This document shows positions 20,301-28,900 of a stretch of 64,000 nt of DNA, piece by piece. Source of the stretch: an uncultured archaeon (GTDB lineage Archaea > Iainarchaeota > Iainarchaeia > Iainarchaeales > JAAZKV01). The stretch's first letter is position 1. Each line of letters begins with the position of its first letter. The DNA lies in NCBI GenBank assembly GCA_964551375.1, contig CAZKBG010000001.1, positions 757,150 to 821,149 on the forward strand, in the 5' to 3' direction. The notes under the pieces are model-generated. The model was not told where the DNA came from. It saw only the letters and a program-made list of their open reading frames with translations, and did no database searches. Position numbers and translations under genes: made by a program.

Positions 20301-21138
20301 TTGTTATTTTACAAATCCAACTTTATCAAGCAATGTGTATAAAGAGGACAAAACTTCAACACCAACTTATGTAACTAACGCAGGCGCAAGTTACTTCAAA
20401 GGAAAAACAAGTTTAATTCGAATAAAACCTCCATTCTCAAACAGCACAGCTCCTGACTGGAATTTTAATTATACTGCACACGCAGGAGTATGGTTTGGAT
20501 GGAATGCAGAATACCCTCACTTCATTACAGACCCTAATCCATCACGAGTACCGATTGGTGAGTATCAATCAAAGGCAGTTAGTCTGGGCGGAAAAAAGAA
20601 ATGCATTGCTTTGACAACTGATATGACAATAATTTCCGACAGCAATATTAAGATTCAGATTCAAGTTGCTGACAATAATGTAACTTGGTGGACCACTCCA
20701 AACTGGGTTGGCCCTGATGGAACAAGCAATACTTATTATTCAAACGGAAATTACGCAGTTCCTGATGTTAATGCAGACGGGAACTGGGTAAGATGGAAAG
20801 CAATACTTTATTCAACAAGCGATTATTTGACTCCGTCGCTAAAGACAGTTGATATTAACTGCATACCGACTGGAGAAATGGTGCTTGTGGCGAATGCTAG
20901 TAATGTTGTTTGGGAAGGATTTACGTATAATGCGTTAGTTGGGGGAATTCATGGTTCGCTTGAGTGGTTGTATAAGGTTGGGAATAATAGTTGGCTTAGT
21001 GCGGATAATAATGTTTTTTCTGTTTTGAATAGTGGGAATCCGCTTTATATTAAAGCAAAACTTACCGGGACAATAGATTCGAACGGGCCGATAATTGATA
21101 ATAATGTAGTTGTGTCTTATAGACTAAATGTTAACTAA
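17314..21138 (+). CDS. giant secreted GLUG-repeat surface protein (1274 aa), GTG start
   Basis: GTG start directly after an in-frame TAA; no downstream ATG precedes the signal peptide NSNFFKLAVAVIVLLISATTFSA. N-module FSATISNCTQLQ...VDC...GTLNGVGYKIIGL. GLUG units. Conserved C-terminal domain (WNFNYTAHAGVWFGWNAEYPHF...NCIPTGEMVLVAN...IDSNGPIIDNNVVVSYRLN). Confidence 0.8.
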   Translation: MNSNFFKLAVAVIVLLISATTFSATISNCTQLQAISGSTDYNLTADVDCTGVAFTPIASYTGTLNGVGYKIIGLNINLPTTDRVGLFGNVSSFTIKNIIFQDANIIGQDYTGVIVGSGSPLISNVSVINARVNGRSYVGGMAGSYGRASFNGNLVSGLNLTATGSYSGGMIGQYSASNNPAVDINDTVVDITSMTGAQYVGGVVGYNWNSYNGVTRYYRAKVTIGTLTGGSYVGGIVGRLGGTISDSNVTAGRIFTSDYAAYVGGLAGDNHDLGYGGGITNSWARVKIDINKFNGSGASDGYVGGLAGSNLGLGITDSWADANIDVSLGTYSGYYVGGLAGKSGTITRSYSTGAYIRSTAGFGGYAGGLAGLLSGSLVDSNSSIPLIDGGTNDYVGGLIGQWAGSNGILRSKYVPGSVGNITARNRVGGIAGDSSAGGASADINDCVVDFNSISGNDYVGGIVGYMWNGSTGVSRIYRAQSTITTMTGGSYIGGVVGRLGGMLSDSNAVIKNINASGYAAYVGGLAGTNANLGYGGGLARSWARVQITTNKTSGSGASDGYLGGLAGSNAGFAITDSWADVNIYANVGTYSGYYVGGLAGKSAGASNSYSIGTILQSTKQFNGYVGGLIGESSGSITDSNSAIQTIDSGSGAYQGSSVGGLVGNWAGGSSILRSKYVGRNIIGGAQTGGIVGRVYTSSNPSADVNDITVDANSVIGTNQIGGAIGFMWNSYNRVSRIARAKVTLNYLTGTEEVGGVIGRHQEGYALIDSNSVIPNIYAYNTGKYVGGIVGWKDNGSYADAIYMSNCWSINQIQTNKYNGGSTTEGYIGGLAGKSDGPISNSWADVNIDANVGTYSGYYVGGIVGYGSTITNSYAIGDSINAAKATNGSIGGIAGYATTILNTYSRFTLVNGGTTSGTGVGGLIGTGAVNATITNSYVIANDVNGYTRVGGIAGDLGSNATVTNSFFVGRVKASNSYDNNIYGYAGYDQTQANKDINCYFTNPTLSSNVYKEDKTSTPTYVTNAGASYFKGKTSLIRIKPPFSNSTAPDWNFNYTAHAGVWFGWNAEYPHFITDPNPSRVPIGEYQSKAVSLGGKKKCIALTTDMTIISDSNIKIQIQVADNNVTWWTTPNWVGPDGTSNTYYSNGNYAVPDVNADGNWVRWKAILYSTSDYLTPSLKTVDINCIPTGEMVLVANASNVVWEGFTYNALVGGIHGSLEWLYKVGNNSWLSADNNVFSVLNSGNPLYIKAKLTGTIDSNGPIIDNNVVVSYRLNVN

Positions 21139-21155
21139 AGTTAACTGATAAATTG

Positions 21156-21176
21156 GGCAATTTGCCTTGTTTTAAT
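21156..21176 (+). terminator. hairpin plus T-run after giant gene 2
   Basis: gggcaa ttt gccttgtttt. Confidence 0.35.
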
Positions 21177-21183
21177 CCTGAAA

Positions 21184-21233
21184 AAAGCTTTTATTTAACT
21201 TAAACCTAATTCTAGCACAAAGCAGGGAACTTA
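21184..21233 (+). promoter_or_regulatory. conserved promoter/leader element upstream of giant gene 3
   Basis: aaagcttttatttaacttaaacct...agcagggaacttaa immediately precedes ATG. Paralogous to 17265-17313. Confidence 0.5.
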
Positions 21234-24200
21234 ATGATGGCAAATTTTAACAAATTACTTTTAGGGATCTTATTAATTTTAATAATAAGTCAGGTTTTTG
21301 CATTTAGCGGCGGAACTGGAACAAGCGGAGACCCTTACAGAGTAAATGCCTGCGCAGATATTGACTGGATGGATACTAATGCATCTACAAAATCAGCATA
21401 CTATGTTCTTGATTCAAATGTGGACTGCGGAGTATCGCCTTATAATACAGGAAGCGGGTTTACTCAAGTAACAGGATTTGCAGGATCGCTTGACGGACAA
21501 GGATACTGGGTAAAAAACTTAATGATTTACCTTCCAACAACAAATAATGTTTCACCATTTGCTGCAGGAAGCGCGTTCACAATAAAAAATATTGGATTTG
21601 ATGTAAATATCACAGGACAGGATTATGTATCCGGATTCATGACTGATTATTTGAATAGGGACTTAAATAACATAAAAGTAAGCGGAACAATAATAGGGAG
21701 AAATTATGTGGGCGGAATTACATCAAGAAGCAATGCGGGAATAAAAATCACAAACAGCTCTGTTGACTTGACTTTGATAAGCGGAAATGAATATGTAGGG
21801 GGACTTGCCGCATACTATGGAGGGGATTTCAATTACTGCACAATAAAAATAAACCGAATAGAAGGGCAGTTTTCTGTGGGCGGAGCAAGCGGATGGATGT
21901 TTAATGGAAGCAATGGAGTGTCCTATATTCAAAATACAACTGCTGACATAAACCTACTAAAAGTAACACACACTTCAGCTAATGGCTATTACACTTTAGT
22001 CGGAGGATTAGTCGGAAGATTTTCTTCAAGCGGATTTATAAGAAGCGCAAATGTGCGAGTAAATTTAATTGATGTCAATAATGCGACTGCAGACCCTGGA
22101 AAAATAGGGGGGCTTGTCGGAGGACATGACCGCGCAGGCGGATATCTTTATGATGTAAATTTTACAGGAACAATAAATTATCGAAACACATCTGGGGCAG
22201 CGTACCTTGGGGGAATTGTGGGGCACGAGGAATCAGGGCCAATTACTTATTCCCGCGCGGATATTAACATTGACACAAATCTTAGCTCAGCAAGCGGAAC
22301 ATATGTAGGCGGAATTATTGGAAGCTCAAGTTATGATTTGAATAATATTTATGTTAATTCATCATACATTTATGCAGCGGGCACAAATGGAAATTATGTC
22401 GGAGGAGTGGGCGGCTCTTCAAGCGCAGTTTATAACGCGGTGGCTGATATTGGAGAAGTAAGAGGATTAAGCCAAGTCGGCGGGCTGCTTGGAGGCTCAG
22501 GAATTGCAGCAGGAGTAATATCTTCAAGATTAAATGCAAAAACAATTGTCGGAACAACCACCGAAATAGGCGGATTTATCGGATACGCAAAAGGGGACGT
22601 AAATTACTGCGATTCGAACGTTCAAATCTTAATTGGCTCTCAATATGTTGGAGGGCTTCTTGGAAATTCATTCAATCAAAGCGATGCAAGCTCAAAAGTT
22701 TATATGACTAATAGTTATGTTCGGGACATGAATGTAACAAATCCAACAAGCGTGGGCGGGCTTGTGGGGCGATTTTCAGGAAGAAGAGTGGAACGTTCTT
22801 TTGCGGAAGTAAAAAGACTATATGTTGATAATTCAGTCGGAAACGACGCGCTCATCGGAGGGCTGATTGGACAAACTGGATACTCTGACTGGACAATAAG
22901 AGACTCAAATTCACGAGCGCAGATAGATTACACTTACAGCGGAGCATCAAACAATAGTTATATTGGAGGAATTGCAGGAAATACTGGAACTCCTATAAGC
23001 GGATGCAGGGCAGATGTAAATATTGATGCTGATTTAGGCACAAAAGCTCCAAATTATGTGGGCGGGATTACTGGAAAATCAACCGGCACAATAACAAACT
23101 CTCACGCAAGCGGAGCTTACATAAAAGCAAAAAATAGCGGAGGCACTGGGGTAGGAGTGGGCGGAATTAGCGGAAGCTCATACACAGTATATAATTCAAC
23201 TTCAAATTTTATTGATATAAACGGAAACCTTAATGTTAGCGGAATCAGCGGAAACCTTGCTATTGGGGATGTGAACGGCTCAACTGCAACAATAAGCGGA
23301 ATACTTTACGGAAAATACAATATCGGCGGAGCAGTAGGAAACGGAGCAAATAATTCAGTAGCAGTATTTAATTCAGGCGCAACAATAAACAAAATATATG
23401 CTGATAATTCAACAGCAAATGATATGTCTGTAGGTGGAGTGGTGGGGGTTATTACAAATGCAAGAACAGTAACTGGTTGCTGGGCAAGGATTGGAACAAT
23501 TTATGCAAAAAATACGAGCGCATCAAACACTGGCGGAGTGGGAGGAGTTGCGGGATATGTTTATCAAAACTCAAACAATGCCCCGATGAGAGATTCAAAC
23601 GCAATAGTTTCACTAATACAATATGAAAGCACAAGCACAGGAGATGCATTTGTTGGAGGACTGGCTGGGAGACAAATGGGGCTTGTATCAAATTCTTGGG
23701 CGGATGTAAATATTGACGCGTCAATTGGAACATACACTGGCGGATATGTGGGCGGGCTTGTCGGGTACGCATATGGGGTAGTATCAAATTCGTGGGCAAG
23801 AGGAAATTATATTAAAGCAACAAAAACAAATTCGCAATATGTTGGCGGACTTGTGGGAAGATCTACTGGGATAACAAATTCCTATTCAATATTTTCTGAT
23901 ATAAACGGGCTGACAAAAGTGGGCGGGCTTGGGGGATACTCAAGCGGAGCGGTGCTTGACTCAAATTCAGTTTTAAATAGCGTTAATGGGACAAGCAATG
24001 TTGGCGGATTAATTGGACTCGGAGATTCTGATGTTAACAGGTCAAAAACAATAATTGGCACAATAACTGGGACAATGCTTGTGGGGGGAGTAATAGGCGA
24101 ATTATCCAACAGCTCCACATTTATGTATGATTTAAGCGCGGATGTAAATTTAATAAAAGTAACACACACAGCAGGCGGACAAATTAATGCAGGGGGAATA

Positions 24201-25811
24201 ATCGGGCTTGCAACAAACACAAAAGGAATGAGACAAGCTGCTGCGAGAATTAAATTAATGGATATAAATAATTCAAGCGGAAGCGATGCAGGCGGAATTG
24301 GAGGAATTGCGGGATATTTGTATCACAATGCAAATACAGCACAACTCTTAGACGCAAATTCAACAGTTCAAATAAATTACACAAACTCAAGCACAGGCGC
24401 AGGATATATCGGGGGAGTAGTTGGGTTGCATAATGGATATATTTCAAACTCTTGGGCTGACTCAAATATTAATGCAGAACTTGGAACAAGAAGCGGAACT
24501 TATGTCGGCGGACTTGCGGGAAATGCTGCAAGTTATATTTCAAATTCATATTCGACAGGCGGGAATATCCTCGCATCAAAGACAGGTGGGGGATATGTTG
24601 GTGGACTTGCTGGAAGAATTGGCGGAGCAGCAACAAATGTCTACGCACTCTACAATGACGTCAACGGAGTTGACTATACTGGAGGACTTATAGGAAGCGG
24701 GCAAGGCGCAGTAAATACATACACAATAAATCGAACAGTGTATGGTGCAGATAGAGTAGGGGGATTAATCGGCTATTCCAGAGGGGATATAAACACTTCC
24801 TACTCAGGAGATGCAAATGTAATTGGAAGCACAAATGTAGGGGGAATAACAGGATACTATGATCCGCCCGGAACAACATATCACATAAATAATTCATTTA
24901 CAACAACAAGAGTAACAGGAAGTTCAGTAACAGGCGCAGTAACAGGATATGTAGTAACATACAGCTGGCCTTCGCCTCCAGTAGTAAACACATACTACAC
25001 TTTCGGCTCGGCAGCGGCTGGAAGAGGGACACTTGAAAGCGATGGACCATCATATTTTAAAGGAAAAGGAAAAACACTTCTTGGAATAACCCAAGGAACT
25101 TCCCCAAAACACCCTTATGCAAATCCTGATGCAAATTGGAATTTTAATTACACAGGGCACCCTGGGCTTTGGTACGGCTGGCAGTTAAGCTACCCGCATT
25201 TTACAACAGACCCTATTGTTACTTATGTTCCTAATGGAGAATATCAATCAAGAGCAATTGATTTAAGCTCAATGAAAAAATGCATCGCGCTAACTACAAA
25301 CATGATAAAACCTACTGACAGCAATATCAAAATCCAAATACAAGTTGCTGATAATAATACTTCATGGTGGGCATCTCCAAACTGGATGGGGCCTGACGGG
25401 ACAGACAATACTTATTATTCAAACGGAAGTTATTCAATTCCTGACATTAATGCTGATGGAAATTGGATAAGATGGAGAGCAGTATTCACTTCCTCAAGCG
25501 ACAGCTTAACTCCAACTCTAATAAGCATTGACTTTAACTGCATACCAATAGGGGAAATGGTGTTAATTGCGAATGGAAATAATCTTAACTGGAGAGGGAT
25601 AGCTTACAATGCGATAACCGGCGGAATAAACGGCTCGCTTGAGTGGCTTTACAAAATAGGAAGCGGAAATTGGGATTCAATTGATAATAATTCCTTCCCT
25701 GCGCTAACCACTGGAACTCCTCTTTATATTAAAGCAATAATGACTGGAACAATAGATTCCAATGGACCAATAATGGATAATAATATTGTTTTATCCTACC
25801 GCCCTAATTAA
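21234..25811 (+). CDS. giant secreted GLUG-repeat surface protein (1525 aa)
   Basis: Signal peptide MMANFNKLLLGILLILIISQVFAFS. N-module GDPYRVNACADIDWM...VDCGVSPYNTGSGFTQVTGFAGSLDGQGYWVKNL. GLUG units. Conserved C-terminal domain. Confidence 0.8.
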   Translation: MMANFNKLLLGILLILIISQVFAFSGGTGTSGDPYRVNACADIDWMDTNASTKSAYYVLDSNVDCGVSPYNTGSGFTQVTGFAGSLDGQGYWVKNLMIYLPTTNNVSPFAAGSAFTIKNIGFDVNITGQDYVSGFMTDYLNRDLNNIKVSGTIIGRNYVGGITSRSNAGIKITNSSVDLTLISGNEYVGGLAAYYGGDFNYCTIKINRIEGQFSVGGASGWMFNGSNGVSYIQNTTADINLLKVTHTSANGYYTLVGGLVGRFSSSGFIRSANVRVNLIDVNNATADPGKIGGLVGGHDRAGGYLYDVNFTGTINYRNTSGAAYLGGIVGHEESGPITYSRADINIDTNLSSASGTYVGGIIGSSSYDLNNIYVNSSYIYAAGTNGNYVGGVGGSSSAVYNAVADIGEVRGLSQVGGLLGGSGIAAGVISSRLNAKTIVGTTTEIGGFIGYAKGDVNYCDSNVQILIGSQYVGGLLGNSFNQSDASSKVYMTNSYVRDMNVTNPTSVGGLVGRFSGRRVERSFAEVKRLYVDNSVGNDALIGGLIGQTGYSDWTIRDSNSRAQIDYTYSGASNNSYIGGIAGNTGTPISGCRADVNIDADLGTKAPNYVGGITGKSTGTITNSHASGAYIKAKNSGGTGVGVGGISGSSYTVYNSTSNFIDINGNLNVSGISGNLAIGDVNGSTATISGILYGKYNIGGAVGNGANNSVAVFNSGATINKIYADNSTANDMSVGGVVGVITNARTVTGCWARIGTIYAKNTSASNTGGVGGVAGYVYQNSNNAPMRDSNAIVSLIQYESTSTGDAFVGGLAGRQMGLVSNSWADVNIDASIGTYTGGYVGGLVGYAYGVVSNSWARGNYIKATKTNSQYVGGLVGRSTGITNSYSIFSDINGLTKVGGLGGYSSGAVLDSNSVLNSVNGTSNVGGLIGLGDSDVNRSKTIIGTITGTMLVGGVIGELSNSSTFMYDLSADVNLIKVTHTAGGQINAGGIIGLATNTKGMRQAAARIKLMDINNSSGSDAGGIGGIAGYLYHNANTAQLLDANSTVQINYTNSSTGAGYIGGVVGLHNGYISNSWADSNINAELGTRSGTYVGGLAGNAASYISNSYSTGGNILASKTGGGYVGGLAGRIGGAATNVYALYNDVNGVDYTGGLIGSGQGAVNTYTINRTVYGADRVGGLIGYSRGDINTSYSGDANVIGSTNVGGITGYYDPPGTTYHINNSFTTTRVTGSSVTGAVTGYVVTYSWPSPPVVNTYYTFGSAAAGRGTLESDGPSYFKGKGKTLLGITQGTSPKHPYANPDANWNFNYTGHPGLWYGWQLSYPHFTTDPIVTYVPNGEYQSRAIDLSSMKKCIALTTNMIKPTDSNIKIQIQVADNNTSWWASPNWMGPDGTDNTYYSNGSYSIPDINADGNWIRWRAVFTSSSDSLTPTLISIDFNCIPIGEMVLIANGNNLNWRGIAYNAITGGINGSLEWLYKIGSGNWDSIDNNSFPALTTGTPLYIKAIMTGTIDSNGPIMDNNIVLSYRPN

Positions 25812-25905
25812 AATGATCTTTTTTAACGCCTCAATTTTAATTAATGGTCAATGGCAAGGATTAAATATCTAAAATAACTAACTCTTCTGACTTGTTGGTC
25901 GAATT

Positions 25906-28900
25906 TTGAAAGTGAACTTTGTGAAAATTATGAAAAAAATAATTCTTGCGCTGATTATTTTATGTATTTCAGCAACTGTATTTTCAATAAACATCTCCGA
26001 CTGCACAGGGCTTCAATCAATGAGCGGCGCAAACAGTTACACTTTGACTGGGAATATTGACTGCACTGCGACAAATACTTGGAACAGCGGAGCGGGATTT
26101 GCGCCAATAACTTCCTTCACTGGAACGCTTAACGGCGCAGGATACACGATAAGGGGATTGTATATTAATAGAACTGGATCAAACAGTCAGGCGCTAATCG
26201 GGACAAGCACAAATGCCACATTAACAAATATTGTTTTTGAAGACGCTAATATTGCAATGTACAATTACGGAGGAGTGCTTCTTGCAAATGGGAGCGCAAC
26301 AATATCAAATATTACTGTAAGAAATTCAATTATACGCTCGGTGGGAAATGTTGGGTATGTTGGAGGAATTGCGGGAAATTATACCGGCGGGCAGTTTACA
26401 AACAGCTCAATTTATGGCTCAGTGGTAAGCGGACCAGGGTATGTCGGAGGATTGATTGGAAAATTCGGAATGGCTTCAAATAACGCTTCAATAGACATAA
26501 ATGACTGTTATGCGGATTTAAATTCAGTTACTTCAAGCGGGGATTATGTTGGCGGAATAGTGGGACAGCTCACAAATACTGGGACAGGAACTTTGAGTTC
26601 AATCAACCGCTCAACAGCAGTAGTAAGAACTTTGTTTGGATACTCCTATGTCGGAGGAATTGTGGGCTCTCACGTTGGGGCTGGCGGAACAATTTCTGAT
26701 GTTAATATAACTTTAAGCAGCTGGAGTCTTCGAGGCTCAAGCTTTGCGCGAATAGGTGGAATAGCAGGAAACTTGGCTGGAACTTTGACAAGATCATTTG
26801 CAATAATAAATCTTGATATCAATAACACCTCCGCATCAGGAGATTATGTCGGAGGGCTTGTCGGTTACGGATTAGGCTCCACAATTTCAGATTCATACGC
26901 TGATGTAAATATTGACACTACAATAAGCAATGCAGAAAGAGTAAATGCATATGTTGGAGGAATTGTGGGTTATGGGAGCAATATTTATCGTTCATACGCG
27001 CGAGGATACAAATTATACTCCGGACAATACACTGGAATGTATGTCGGAGGGCTTGCCGGAAGACTTGACGGAAATATTTCAGACTCAAACGCAACATTTA
27101 CCTCAATAATCGGAGGAGGCGGATATTATGGAGACGGATATGTCGGCGGACTTGTGGGATACTTTCACGGAAATTATATAATACGAAGCAAAGCAACAGC
27201 AAATTTAGTTAAAGTGACAAGAGCAAATTCAGTTGCCAATTATGCAGGCGGATTAATAGGGGGAATATCAACAGCAGGAAATAAAGACATTAACAACTGC
27301 ACAGTGGATGTAAATAATGTTGAAGGATTTAGAACAAGCAATGGAAGTGATTCAGGAATTAGCGGATTAATAGGATTTGTAGCAAATGTTGCCGGAATTC
27401 ACGTATCAATAAATCAAACTTCTGTTCGGTCAAAATTACTTTACGCAACAGGAGATGGAATCGGCGGATTTATTGGGTACATGGTTAACTCTTCGGGCTC
27501 GCTAACAATAACAGATTCAAACGCAACAATTGAAAGAATACACTTATACGGCGGAGCAGGATACGGGTATGTCGGCGGGCTAATAGGAAGAGCATCAGTT
27601 GGAAGAGCAAACATAACAAACTCATTTGCAATATCCCAAATAGATATTAATCTTCCATCAAGCTCAAATGGCCTTGGATATGTCGGCGGACTTGCAGGCG
27701 CGATTGGGACAGGAAATGTTTCGGATTCATGGGCTGACACAAATGTAAATGGAAACTTTAACACCTATTCTCCAAGGTATGTCGGCGGGTTAATTGGAAG
27801 CGCTGATGTTAATTTAATCAGAACATATGCAAGAGGAACTTATCTTGACGCAAACAAAAGCGGAGGATATTATGTTGGGGGACTTGCAGGAGCATGCTCA
27901 TGGAATGTAACTGATTCAAACGCAACTTTTGAAAGAATAGACGGCAGCGGCTCATATTACGGAGACGCATATATTGCAGGGCTCGTTGGAAGTTTTACAG
28001 GAAATTATATTTTAAGAAGCAAAGCAATAGTAACTTCAATAACCGCGCCAACCTATCCAACTAACTTTGTTGGAGGCTTAGTCGGAGGAATTGGAGTAGC
28101 AGGAAATAAGGATATTAATTATTGCAGCGCGGATGTAAATATAATTTCAGCAACAAAAACAAGCAACGGCTCAACAACAGGAGTAGGTGGGTTAATAGGA
28201 TTTGTGGCAAATGTTGCAATCAATTTATCAATAAATAATTCATCCGCTCGAACAGGGACTATTTATGGAATAGGAGACGGGCTTGGGGGATTACTTGGAT
28301 ATATGGTCAGCTCATCAGGCTCATTAAAAATAATTGATTCAAACGCAATTACTGACAGAATATATTTTTACGGGGGCGGAGGGAGTGGATACTTTGGCGG
28401 TCTTGCAGGAAGAGCCTATGCTGGCAGAGTAGATATAAATAATTCATTTGCAATTTCTCAAATAGATGTTAACGCAACAGCAGGTCTTGATTATGTCGGA
28501 GGGTTAGCAGGAGAGGCATCTTTATCAGGACTAATATACAACTCATGGGCTGACACAAACATTAACGGCTCGTTTGGAACATATTCTCCGGGAAATGTTG
28601 GAGGGCTTTTTGGCTCGGCAGATGTAAATATAATTCAATCATATGCGCGAGGAAATTATATAAAAATAACCAAAGCAAACGGCTCAAATGTGGGCGGATT
28701 TGCCGGAAAATTATCAGGAGATGTTTTGGATTCAAATGTTGTGTTTGTTGATATTAATGGAAGCAGTTCCTCATATGGTTATGGATATGTGGGCGGGTTT
28801 GTCGGATATTATACAGGCGGGTATATTTTAAGAAGCAAAGTTAATGCAGTACATGTCACTGGATACAGGGCAGACTCGCTAACGGATAAAGTAGGAGGGT

